A stretch of DNA of 58,194 nt, taken from positions 1 through 58,194 of IMG/VR virus record IMGVR_UViG_3300020034_000015. One strand, written 5' to 3'. Source of the stretch: a virus. Its lineage: Duplodnaviria; Caudoviricetes. Both the position numbers and the translations under genes were made by a program. This document shows positions 16,034 through 24,225 of the stretch, in pieces (the first letter of the stretch is position 1; every line of letters begins with the position of its first letter). The notes beneath the pieces were generated by a model. The model did no database searches. It was not told the DNA's origin and worked only from the letters and a program-made list of their open reading frames with translations.

Positions 16034-16567
16034 TCAGCCCAGCAGCAGGCTGTCGTCAGAGAAGGGGCTCGTGAAGCGGCTGTCGGGGTGGGTGCCGACA
16101 TGCCCGTCGCCGCCCCACTCGTTGCGGTTGTGGGTACCCCGCTTGTTGAGGCGGCGGATGCAGGTGTGGCCGTCCCGGCTCATCAGCCCGCACTCGCCCT
16201 CCCGGGCCAGCGGGTTGCGGAACGGCGCCCGGGCCCGCGCAGGGGTGATGCCGGCGTCGATGAGGGCCTGCGCGTATTCGCTGAGCGCTTCGGCGAACAG
16301 TTCGCTGGCGCGGGTCGCCTCGACTTCGGTGAGGACGGCGGTGCCGGGTCCGGAGCAGGTCTCGTTGCGGGCGTTGCGGATGGTGGCGCAGGAGGACCAG
16401 CCGTTGCCGATCTCGACGGTGGCTGCGCAGTCGGTGCAGGTTCCTTCGTACACGAGGGCGTGGTCCCGGGACGGGCGGGGGAGACGCTTCCAGGTGAGGG
16501 CGTGGCCGTTCGCGGCGGCAGTCTCATTCATGTGCTGCTTGCCGAGGGTCCACCACTGCTGCGCCAT
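16034..16567 (-). CDS. Cys/His-rich hypothetical protein
   Basis: GGGGAG RBS; CxxC and further Cys/His residues. Confidence 0.65.
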   Translation of the reverse strand: MAQQWWTLGKQHMNETAAANGHALTWKRLPRPSRDHALVYEGTCTDCAATVEIGNGWSSCATIRNARNETCSGPGTAVLTEVEATRASELFAEALSEYAQALIDAGITPARARAPFRNPLAREGECGLMSRDGHTCIRRLNKRGTHNRNEWGGDGHVGTHPDSRFTSPFSDDSLLLG

Positions 16568-16596
16568 GTCCGTCTCCCCTGCCTGCGGTCCGTTTC

Positions 16597-16672
16597 TGTA
16601 TTACAAGAATGCTCCCATCCGTCGAGCTTGTCAACACCCAACCGCAGATGAGACACTGTTCCTGTAATACAG
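16597..16672 (-). promoter_or_regulatory. Second copy of the promoter/operator unit
   Basis: TTGACA (16634-16629), 17-bp spacer, CATTCT (16611-16606); operators at 16597 (TGTATTACA) and 16662 (CTGTAATACAG). Confidence 0.8.
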
Positions 16673-16690
16673 ACCCGAGAGGATCACCCC

Positions 16691-16876
16691 ATGGCCCGCC
16701 CCGCCACCGGCAAGACCCCCGGCAAGACCTTCCGACCACCCAAACCCCTATGGGCCGAGGTGATGGAGTACGTCAAGGCAGAAGAGCGCCCCTACGGGGA
16801 CGTCATCATCGAGGCCCTTCACGACTGGCTGAACAAGAAACGACGCGAACACCCCACCGCGCCGACCGACCTCTAG
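16691..16876 (+). CDS. Ribbon-helix-helix regulator
   Basis: MARPATGKTPGKTFRPPKPLWAEV...YGDVIIEALHDWL pattern; GAGGA RBS. Confidence 0.7.
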   Translation: MARPATGKTPGKTFRPPKPLWAEVMEYVKAEERPYGDVIIEALHDWLNKKRREHPTAPTDL

Positions 16877-16910
16877 CCGCCTGCCCGCGCCCGGGTGCGT
16901 CCTGGCCGCC

Positions 16911-16953
16911 GCGCCCCGTCCCCCTCATCCACCAGGGAGACGGGGCGCCGTTT
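16911..16953 (+). terminator. Intrinsic terminator after the RHH gene
   Basis: GCGCCCCGTCCCC / GGGAGACGGGGCGC stem followed by CGTTT. Confidence 0.6.
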
Positions 16954-17266
16954 GCGTTATCCTCGGAGCGCCCCGCCCATGGTTGGTATCCGAGCAGGCA
17001 GACGTTTCCGGTCGCAAGATGTGGCCCTCACCGTGATCCGGTGGGGGCCTCGTCGCGTCGGGCTACCCTGGCCGTGCGGCATCCGGGTGCGAGACCCGGC
17101 GCATGCGATCCGGACGCGCGAGAGGCTGCCCCGCCTGGCGGGACTACCCCTGTGCCGCACTCAACCCGACTTGAAAACCGGCCCGCCAAATTCAAGGTTC
17201 GGGTCACCACCGGCGCGTCGGGGCCTTGTGCTACTGGTCTGGGTCCAACTGGTAGATCACCGGGAC

Positions 17267-17443
17267 CTACGCCCGCGCGGTCTCCCGCTCCACCGCGACC
17301 CGCCACTCCGCACGCAACCTGCCCAGCTCGGCCAGCGCCTCCGGAGTCCACACCGTACGGCCCTCGCACAGCTGCCGTATCCGCTGGTTCAGCTCAGCCG
17401 CACCAGGGCACACCGGGGCCGGGGAACAGGACGGACAGGGCAT
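17267..17443 (-). CDS. Small helical protein divergent from the XRE regulator (58 aa), probably leaderless
   Basis: MPCPSCSPAPVCPGAAELNQRIRQLCEGRTVWTPEALAELGRLRAEWRVAVERETARA; TAGGCT -10 just upstream of the ATG. Confidence 0.55.
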   Translation of the reverse strand: MPCPSCSPAPVCPGAAELNQRIRQLCEGRTVWTPEALAELGRLRAEWRVAVERETARA

Positions 17444-17587
17444 GCCACCAGCCTACGGGCCGACGATGTACACCCGGTATACGCGCAGGCCGGACGGCAT
17501 ATACCAACCCCCACCAACAGGATCACCCCCACAAGCACCCCCGCCCGGCGTACCGTGAAAGGACAACTCTCTGGCGGGGGTACCCAC

Positions 17588-18811
17588 ATGGCACGCGAAA
17601 ACAGCCCCATCGGCGACCGCATCCGCGTCCTACGCGAATTCCGCGACGTCACCCAACAAGAACTCGCCGACCGCGCCGGCTGCTCCATCGACACCATCCG
17701 AAAACTCGAACAGGGCGTACGGCAGTCCGCTGCACTAGCCACCCTCCGCGCCCTCGCACGCGCCCTGGACGTCGAACTCGAACGCCTCCTAGGACAGCCC
17801 ACCGTGACCAGCTCCGCGCCGGACGACGGCGGCCTCCTCGCACTCCGCGACGCGATCCAGGACGTCGGCGCGATCCCCGGCGTCCTCACCGCCGACCTCG
17901 CCGACGACCCGCCCGACACGGGAGCGTGGCTGGCGTCCGTTGCGCACGCCACGAACCTCTACTGGCAGGGCGGCTATTCCGAGCTGTCCGGTGTGCTACC
18001 GCTGCTGCTCCGCGACGGGCGCGCGGTCGCCCGCGACACCGCGGGCCACGACGCCGAACGCGTCTGGGGGCAACTGGCATTGTCGTATCAGCTCGCCGCG
18101 TCCCTGGCCACACAGTCCGGGCACACCGACTGGGCATACCAGGCCGTCGAGAAGCAGCTCCAGGCCGCGGAGCGCGCGAGCGACCCGCTGATGTCCGGCA
18201 TGGGCGTGTCCACGCTGAGCTGGGTGCTGCTCCGCCAGGGCCGGTGGGAGCAGGCCCAGCAGGTCGCGGAGACGAAGGCGGACTCCCTGGAGCCGTCGAT
18301 CCGCCGGGCGACCGCATCTCAGTACGCCGTGTACGGGAACCTGCTGATCGCCGCGGCGACGCCGGCCGCACGCCGGGACCAGCATGATGAGGCGTCGGAG
18401 CTGATCAACCTCGCCGAGGCCGCCGCCACCCGCAGCGGGCCCACCCGGGCGTACGGCAGCGCGTTCAGCGTGGTGGACGTGCAGACGCAGGCTGTGAACG
18501 TCGCCTTGGCCGGCCGCCGGTCCCGCCCGGAGGTCGCCTTGCGCCTCGCTGCCCGCGTCGACTTGACGGCTATCAGCCGCCCGGTGCACGCCGCGTCGCA
18601 CCGGGTGGACGTGGCGCACGCGCAGTACGCCACTGGGGACTCCGACGGGGCGTTGGGGACGCTGCTTGAGGTAGAGGCGGTGCAGCCGGAGTGGATCCGT
18701 TACCAGACCCTCGCGGCGGCGACGGTGCGGGAGATGTTGGAGGCGGAGCGGCGGAAGAACACCCCACTGAGGGGGCTGGCCGCCCGGCTCGGTGTCGAGC
18801 CCGCATTGTGA
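17588..18811 (+). CDS. XRE-family HTH regulator with a large helical (TPR-like) C-terminal domain
   Basis: IGDRIRVLREFRDVTQQELADRAGCSIDTIRKLEQG HTH followed by Ala/Leu-rich helical repeats. Confidence 0.85.
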   Translation: MARENSPIGDRIRVLREFRDVTQQELADRAGCSIDTIRKLEQGVRQSAALATLRALARALDVELERLLGQPTVTSSAPDDGGLLALRDAIQDVGAIPGVLTADLADDPPDTGAWLASVAHATNLYWQGGYSELSGVLPLLLRDGRAVARDTAGHDAERVWGQLALSYQLAASLATQSGHTDWAYQAVEKQLQAAERASDPLMSGMGVSTLSWVLLRQGRWEQAQQVAETKADSLEPSIRRATASQYAVYGNLLIAAATPAARRDQHDEASELINLAEAAATRSGPTRAYGSAFSVVDVQTQAVNVALAGRRSRPEVALRLAARVDLTAISRPVHAASHRVDVAHAQYATGDSDGALGTLLEVEAVQPEWIRYQTLAAATVREMLEAERRKNTPLRGLAARLGVEPAL

Positions 18812-18812
18812 A

Positions 18813-18831
18813 GTAGGACGCCTTGTCCTAC
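18813..18831. promoter_or_regulatory. Inverted repeat (putative operator) upstream of three small genes
   Basis: GTAGGAC-gcctt-GTCCTAC; TAGCGT -10-like element at 18895. Confidence 0.5.
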
Positions 18832-18983
18832 CCGGGCCGTATTCTGGTCGGCGACTGGTGAACCCTGTCCCTGTGCTGTGACCACGCACGTACGTAGCGT
18901 GATCACTAAGGCTGCGGCACTGCCCCCCACTCCCGCCAGGACCCCGGGGCGGTGCCGCGCACCGGACGCACAGGGGACACGCC

Positions 18984-19208
18984 ATGCCGGACACGGACAT
19001 CACGCACAGTTTCACCCGCGCACAGGCCACCGCCGTACGCCTCCGCGAACGCCTCACCGCCCTCGGACTCACCGACACCGAGGTCCGGCAGATACTCCCC
19101 ACCGGCGACATCAATGGCCGCCCCATGGTGCGGTTCGGCGTGATGTCCCTGGACTCGGCCGAGTTGATCCTCGCCGCGCTCACCCCGGCCGAGGAGCTGA
19201 CGTCGTGA
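18984..19208 (+). CDS. Hypothetical protein
   Basis: AGGGGA RBS; good codon usage. Confidence 0.65.
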   Translation: MPDTDITHSFTRAQATAVRLRERLTALGLTDTEVRQILPTGDINGRPMVRFGVMSLDSAELILAALTPAEELTS

Positions 19209-19375
19209 TGGCCGGTGGCCGTACCGCAGTGCGCACGTGCGCACGTTGCCAGGAGCCCGTCGCTCCCGGTACCGGGAGGCTGGTAGGGGTCGACCAGGGC
19301 ACTACGGCCTCACCCGACATCCTCATCCACAAGCGGTCCTGCGAGCCGGTCTACGTCCGCCGGAGCCAGGGATGA
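19208..19375 (+). CDS. Small Zn-finger-like protein
   Basis: TGATG coupling; CARC...HKRSC. Confidence 0.6.
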   Translation: MAGGRTAVRTCARCQEPVAPGTGRLVGVDQGTTASPDILIHKRSCEPVYVRRSQG

Positions 19376-19584
19376 GCGGTGGCCACTACCTCGACACCGG
19401 CAACGGGCCCCGCCCATTGGCCGTGACCACAGCCCGGATGGCGGACGGCGCCGTACAGATCGCGTACCAGGCGTACATGGACCACCGGCCGGGCTGCTCC
19501 CAGTGTGAACACCACGCCCTCGTGTGCGGCACCGCCCGGGAGTTGTGGGACGCGTACATCGCCGCGCGGCGCTCCACCCCATGA
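19372..19584 (+). CDS. Small Cys/His protein
   Basis: ATGA coupling; HRPGCSQC...C. Confidence 0.6.
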   Translation: MSGGHYLDTGNGPRPLAVTTARMADGAVQIAYQAYMDHRPGCSQCEHHALVCGTARELWDAYIAARRSTP

Positions 19585-19773
19585 ACCGGGCCGCCGGCGG
19601 GACGGCAAATGGCCGCCGGTTGGTCCTGCGCCTGCGTGTACGGAACCCCCTCACCGGCACCTGCCGGGCGTACACGCAGGCGCAACCCGGCGCAGATTCA
19701 CCCGATCGGGTGACGTACGCATAGTTGCCCCGGGTATCCGCATTACGAGACGGTGATGGGCCGCTCCCCGCCG

Positions 19774-20010
19774 CTAACCGCGCACCAGATGAGACAGAGG
19801 AACCCCGAGCGCATTCGCGATCATGATCAGGTGGTCGAGACGCGCAGAGGCGACGCCGGTCTCGATTCGCACGATCGTCACGCGGTCGAGGTCGGCTCGC
19901 TCGGCAAGGCGCTCCTGAGTCATCCCGGCGTGCTCGCGGGTCTGGCGGATCTGGACTCCGATCGCCCGGCGGCGCTGGAGCACCTGCTCGGGAATGGGAT
20001 CGGTAGGCAC
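19774..20010 (-). CDS. Small XRE-family HTH regulator
   Basis: IGVQIRQTREHAGMTQERLAERADLDRVTIVRIETG; the start may lie further upstream (20061). Confidence 0.85.
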   Translation of the reverse strand: MPTDPIPEQVLQRRRAIGVQIRQTREHAGMTQERLAERADLDRVTIVRIETGVASARLDHLIMIANALGVPLSHLVRG

Positions 20011-20061
20011 TTGATCAACGCTCTGGGCGACAAGATCGAATGTCTGTAGCGTCAACGCCAC

Positions 20062-20407
20062 ACTTCGACTCCGCCGCCCCTGCGTTCACGGGCGGCGGTG
20101 TCACGCTGGAGGTTCTGCGAGGTGCCTCTACCGTCAGGATGACGGAGGCGTGACCGCAGCGGGGTCGTCCGACTCACATCGGGCGACCCCCTGTGCGGGT
20201 TCCGCGATCCCCTCTACAGTCAAAGATAGTTCATTGCACATCGCTTAACTCCGAACAGCAAAGACGCAGTTCAGCACATCGCCCAGGCTCGCATAGTGCG
20301 CGACTACCTGGACTGAGCCGGGCTAAACAAAACGCCACTGACCAGCAACTATGCTGGGAAGTGGCGTTTTGCATGTTCAGCACACCGCTCTCAGGCAAGA
20401 TATCTCC
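20062..20407. other. Candidate attP region
   Basis: Non-coding, lower-GC stretch immediately upstream of the integrase, with a repeated GTTCAGCACA (about 20269 and 20376). The core sequence was not identified. Confidence 0.45.
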
Positions 20408-21313
20408 ATGGACAGCGAAGAGCTCAACTCGATGCTCGACTCCTGGCTCCTCCATCTGCGGGCCGAACGGAAAAGCGCACAGACCATCAAGACCTACGGC
20501 GACGGCGTACGGCGCTTCATGGCGTGGGCCGAAGCAGCAGAGGTCGAACCCACCCTCACCAGACCAACCGTCAACGCGTTCATCGCAGGGATCCTCGACG
20601 ACGGCAACGGGGTCCAGGCATCAACGGCACGATCCCGGCAGCTCGCCCTGCGACGCATGTCGGCGTGGCTCAAGGACGAGGGAGAGATCGAAACCGACGA
20701 GCTGGCGGGCCTGAAGCCGCCCAAGCTAGATAGCAAAATTGTTCCTGAGCTGACAGATGACCAGCTCCGCGGCCTCATCACGGCCTGCAAGGGCGCCGAC
20801 TTCCGAGAGCGGCGCGATGAGGCGATCGTACGCCTCATGACCGAGACTGCGGCCCGGGCCGGCGAAGTCGTCGCGATGACCCTTCCGGATGTCGACCTGA
20901 AGGAGGGGCTGGTCGCGGTCCGCCGCGGCAAGGGCGGAAAGGGCCGCATGATTCCGGTCGGTCCGCAGACGGTCCGCGCGATCGACCGCTACCTGCGCCT
21001 GCGACGGTCCCACCGCCTCGCACAGGCCGGGTCATCGCTGCTCTGGCTCGGAGACCGGGGGAAGGGCTTCACGTACTACGGGCTGTACAGCGCCCTCTTG
21101 TACCGGGCCGAACTGGCGGGTGTCGAGGACTTCCACCCTCATGTGCTGCGGCACACGGCGGCCGGCCGGTGGCTGGCCAGAGGGGGGTCGGAGGGCGGGC
21201 TGATGGCCATCGCGGGGTGGACGCGGCGGGAGATGGTCGACCGGTACACCCGGGCTACGTCGGAGCGGCGGGCTGCGGATGAGGCCAGGTCCCTGGGTCT
21301 GGGGGACCTGTAG
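20408..21313 (+). CDS. int: Tyrosine integrase
   Basis: RDEAIVRLMTETAARAGE (R), RGKGGK (K), HVLRHT (HxxR), AGW...MVDRY (W, Y). Confidence 0.92.
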   Translation: MDSEELNSMLDSWLLHLRAERKSAQTIKTYGDGVRRFMAWAEAAEVEPTLTRPTVNAFIAGILDDGNGVQASTARSRQLALRRMSAWLKDEGEIETDELAGLKPPKLDSKIVPELTDDQLRGLITACKGADFRERRDEAIVRLMTETAARAGEVVAMTLPDVDLKEGLVAVRRGKGGKGRMIPVGPQTVRAIDRYLRLRRSHRLAQAGSSLLWLGDRGKGFTYYGLYSALLYRAELAGVEDFHPHVLRHTAAGRWLARGGSEGGLMAIAGWTRREMVDRYTRATSERRAADEARSLGLGDL

Positions 21314-21319
21314 CAGCGG

Positions 21320-21349
21320 AGGCCCGACCGGGGATCCGGCCGGGCCTTC
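21320..21349. terminator. Hairpin between int and the convergent small gene
   Basis: AGGCCCGACCGG / CCGGCCGGGCCT stem. Confidence 0.6.
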
Positions 21350-21358
21350 TGGCGCGTT

Positions 21359-21541
21359 TCACATGCCGACGAGCTGAAGGCTTCCCACGAGTTTCGGCAG
21401 CCGGATGCACAGCAGGGTCAGGGCTTCTGCGCGGCTGATCTGGCGTGGGTCGTAGGCTGCGCGAATCCGGTGGCCAAAGTCCCGGTACATCACGTGCACG
21501 CCGTCGTCGAGCAGCTCTTCGTCGAGTTGAACATTGGCCAC
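21359..21541 (-). CDS. Small protein, candidate SOS-inducible antirepressor
   Basis: GTG at 21541 with an AGGGGG RBS; 60 aa; LexA-like box upstream. Confidence 0.6.
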   Translation of the reverse strand: MANVQLDEELLDDGVHVMYRDFGHRIRAAYDPRQISRAEALTLLCIRLPKLVGSLQLVGM

Positions 21542-21578
21542 ATGACCCCCTGTCCCGCTGGCGCCGGGCATACCGGTA

Positions 21579-21594
21579 TCGCACTAGCGTTCGA
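21579..21594. promoter_or_regulatory. LexA (SOS) box
   Basis: TCGCAC-TAGC-GTTCGA, 11/12 match to the actinobacterial consensus TCGAAC-N4-GTTCGA. Confidence 0.65.
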
Positions 21595-21737
21595 TCAGTG
21601 CGAGGTGTGGCCACTGTACGACTGCAACCACCATTTACGCAGGATGTGCAGCACATCGCGCGTAGATCGAGCCGATTGTGACACTCCAGAAACCGGTCAG
21701 TTTGTAGTACCGGTCAACCATTCGAATCCCATACCTC

Positions 21738-22154
21738 TTACGCCTCTTCATCCTCCCAGCGCTCTGCGACGCGCTGTGCGAGGGGAGTGCGCGGGACGCC
21801 GCTGCCGATGATGCGGAGCAGGGTGGCAGGCGGGCCGGCGGCCAGTTCGGTCTGGGTGTAGCCGATGATCTGAAAATGGGCCGCGGCGGCGATGACTTCG
21901 CGGGGGAGACCAAGGCCGACGGCGACAGCGCCGACGAGCTCGGGGGTGATGGTGTACCCCTGATTGTTGATGATCTTCCCGACGAGGCTCTTGCTCGGCG
22001 ACCATCTCGTCTCGGGGTCGACGGCGGCCTCAGCGAAGTCGCGGGTGGACCATCTCCGGCCGGCGCCGACGTGCTGCTGCACCAGCTCGGTCAGCGCGTC
22101 GCGCTGCTGCGCGTCGCCCTGTCCAGGGGTCACGGCTACCTCTCCCGCGCTCAT
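21738..22154 (-). CDS. Putative immunity repressor (XRE-like)
   Basis: WSTRDFAEAA...SKSLVGKII...AVAVGLGLPREVIAAAA; divergent from the Cro-like gene; no S24 peptidase domain. Confidence 0.7.
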   Translation of the reverse strand: MSAGEVAVTPGQGDAQQRDALTELVQQHVGAGRRWSTRDFAEAAVDPETRWSPSKSLVGKIINNQGYTITPELVGAVAVGLGLPREVIAAAAHFQIIGYTQTELAAGPPATLLRIIGSGVPRTPLAQRVAERWEDEEA

Positions 22155-22229
22155 AGTCCACACCTTCCGGCCGAAGTGACCCGATTTATGCAGGTCAAGC
22201 GGCACAACCTTTTCGACTAACGGGGCCAT

Positions 22230-22361
22230 TGTCCACGATCGGGGGCGTTGCGGGAGGCCTCGCCCCATCTGCACGCCGATATTGCCGAAAAGCAACCTGC
22301 CCACGGTCGTGGACAGCGAAGGAGCGCTGTGCTTTAGTGGGGCTGTCCACGAACGTGGGCA
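22230..22361. promoter_or_regulatory. Three 18-bp switch operators
   Basis: TGTCCACG-at-CGGGGGCG (22230), TGCCCACG-gt-CGTGGACA (22298), TGTCCACG-aa-CGTGGGCA (22344). Confidence 0.75.
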
Positions 22362-22379
22362 GCACTTCGGAGGCATCTT

Positions 22380-22835
22380 GTGGCGCATGTTCGACTGCAA
22401 CTGACCGATGGTGATCTGCTTCGGAAGCTCATGTGTTGGGCTCCCGGCGGCACTCCACTCACAGTCAGGGCGCTTGCGTCGCAGGTGGGCGTGTCAAAGA
22501 GCAAAGTTCAGGCGCTCCTCACCGGAGACCGCGCAACGGTGGATCGCGACACGGCGCACCGGATCGCGAAAGCTGTCGGCGTTCACGCTGGCGCTCTCTT
22601 TTTTGAGCCACTGTCCACGCCCATGGGCGTGGACACCCCCCAGGAGGATCGGAATGACCACCAGCGAACAGTCGATGCGGATGCGCGTAGCAGCGCACCT
22701 GAGCTGGGCGAACACCCCCGACAGGTCCGCCCGCACCAGGGCGGCACGCGAGGCGAGCCACTACACGCGGTTCGTCACGAAGGCCCGCGAGATGAACCCG
22801 ACCGGCAGCGAAGAGGAGATCAACGCCGCCGCTAA
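22380..22835 (+). CDS. Cro-like XRE HTH protein
   Basis: LTVRALASQVGVSKSKVQALLTG; GGAGG RBS; the C-terminal ~60 codons overlap the next gene. Confidence 0.8.
   Translation: MAHVRLQLTDGDLLRKLMCWAPGGTPLTVRALASQVGVSKSKVQALLTGDRATVDRDTAHRIAKAVGVHAGALFFEPLSTPMGVDTPQEDRNDHQRTVDADARSSAPELGEHPRQVRPHQGGTRGEPLHAVRHEGPRDEPDRQRRGDQRRR
22612..22635. promoter_or_regulatory. Perfect 24-bp palindrome with operator half-sites
   Basis: TGTCCACGCCCATGGGCGTGGACA. Confidence 0.6.
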
Positions 22836-22977
22836 GTCGCTGCGGAAGGCCCACTACACCGACCTGTCGCTGCGGTCCGCGAAGGCGCGCCGGCTGAAGG
22901 GCGCCGCGAAGAAGGCGGCTCGGGAGCGGGCGGTCGCGGATGAGATCGCCGCGTACTCGGCGGCCAAGTCCGCCTGA
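22654..22977 (+). CDS. Basic helical protein (SWANTxDRSART motif), possible excisionase/RDF
   Basis: AGGAGG RBS; second gene of the early lytic operon; very basic. Confidence 0.7.
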   Translation: MTTSEQSMRMRVAAHLSWANTPDRSARTRAAREASHYTRFVTKAREMNPTGSEEEINAAAKSLRKAHYTDLSLRSAKARRLKGAAKKAARERAVADEIAAYSAAKSA

Positions 22978-23074
22978 CCCCTCATGTGGCGCGGGGCCGA
23001 TCAGCCCTGGACGGCTGACCAGCCCCACTCGGCGCCGCACCCCATGACCCATCTCACGGAATGAGGCGAACGCC

Positions 23075-23518
23075 TTGAAGAACAACCCTATCGGGAGCCC
23101 GTACCCGACAACGATCAGCGAGCAGCAGCCCGCCATCGACGCGCTGATGGCCCTGACTGCCCTGTTCGGTTCGCTGCCCCCGGCGTACATCACCGTCACG
23201 GACACGGCCGGTAACCACGTCGCCCTCCAGCTCGACAGCCCGCACGACTTCGAGGTCTGGCGCGAGGCGCTGCGGATCCCGCCGGGTTCGGTGTCCTGGC
23301 ACGTCTTCAACGCGTCGGTGTGGATCTCCGCGTCGACTGAGGTGTATGGCGCCGTGGTCGGGCTTTCTGGTCACAACGTGCCGGTGTCGTCCGAGGTGGC
23401 GAAGGTGTCGCCTGCGGAGGATGCGGAGCGGCATCAGTTGGACGACGCGGCTGAGGCGGAGTTGGCGGCGGACCCGGGTCTGCCGTCGGCGTGGTCCGCT
23501 GCGGCGGTGTCGGCATGA
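23075..23518 (+). CDS. Hypothetical protein
   Basis: GAGG RBS plus TTG; coupled to the next gene. Confidence 0.65.
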   Translation: MKNNPIGSPYPTTISEQQPAIDALMALTALFGSLPPAYITVTDTAGNHVALQLDSPHDFEVWREALRIPPGSVSWHVFNASVWISASTEVYGAVVGLSGHNVPVSSEVAKVSPAEDAERHQLDDAAEAELAADPGLPSAWSAAAVSA

Positions 23519-23907
23519 ACGCGGCGGCCGTAGAGCAGCTGTCGCGTGCCATCCACGCGGCGATGCCGACCCACCGGACCGCCGCCGGGATCGCCTTCGC
23601 GATCGAGCCGGTCGTGATCGAGCCCCTGCGGCACCGCATCGCCGAGCTGGAGACCGCGGCCGGTCTGGTTGCCGAGTACCGGGTGCCGACGGGCGACGGC
23701 AAGTGGCTGTCCGTTCGGCGCGAACCGTGCGGCAACCGGTGGCTGATCGCGCAGTCTTTCGGGCACTCGCCGATGCGTGTGTGGACCGGCGAGCGATGGA
23801 CGTCTTGGGGCCTGGCGGGCGATGCCGAGCTGTGGGCCTACGACTCCGCTGATGCTGCGCTGTCCGAGGCGACCCGTCTGGCCGCGCTTCCCGGGAGCGC
23901 GTCGTGA
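23515..23907 (+). CDS. Hypothetical protein
   Basis: ATGA coupling. Confidence 0.65.
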   Translation: MNAAAVEQLSRAIHAAMPTHRTAAGIAFAIEPVVIEPLRHRIAELETAAGLVAEYRVPTGDGKWLSVRREPCGNRWLIAQSFGHSPMRVWTGERWTSWGLAGDAELWAYDSADAALSEATRLAALPGSAS

Positions 23908-23961
23908 TGGCCGCCGCCGGGATTTGGTTCCCCGGGAAGCCCCGCGCCCCGAGGCCGGGTG

Positions 23962-24225
23962 ATGACGATGACCAGTGACCTGATCCTCGCCGCGTCCGTC
24001 GGTGTCGTCCTGACCGCTGTGGGGGCGTCCCTGCTGGTGGGTTATGAGGCGGGGCGGACGGAGCAGATCGCGGCTGGTTGGCGTGAGGGGTGTGCGCAGT
24101 TCGCGAAGTGGTGGGCGAAGGCCCGCCCGGTGCTGCGTGCGGTCCGGGTTGCTGTGTGGCGGTGGCTGCTGGCACAGGTGCTGCTGCCCGCGCACGGCTG
24201 CCACCGAGGGGAGGCAGCCCGATGA
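23962..24225 (+). CDS. Small membrane protein
   Basis: N-terminal TM helix; coupled to the next gene. Confidence 0.6.
   Translation: MTMTSDLILAASVGVVLTAVGASLLVGYEAGRTEQIAAGWREGCAQFAKWWAKARPVLRAVRVAVWRWLLAQVLLPAHGCHRGEAAR

Noticed and set aside
17165-17210. tRNA-Ser-like fragment (CTTGAAAACC...GGTTCG)
   Set aside because: No D-arm or acceptor stem; it folds as a simple hairpin instead.
21715-21740. TTCGAATCCC as a tRNA T-arm or attP core
   Set aside because: Lacks the GG before TTC and a paired T-stem; a short match is likely by chance.
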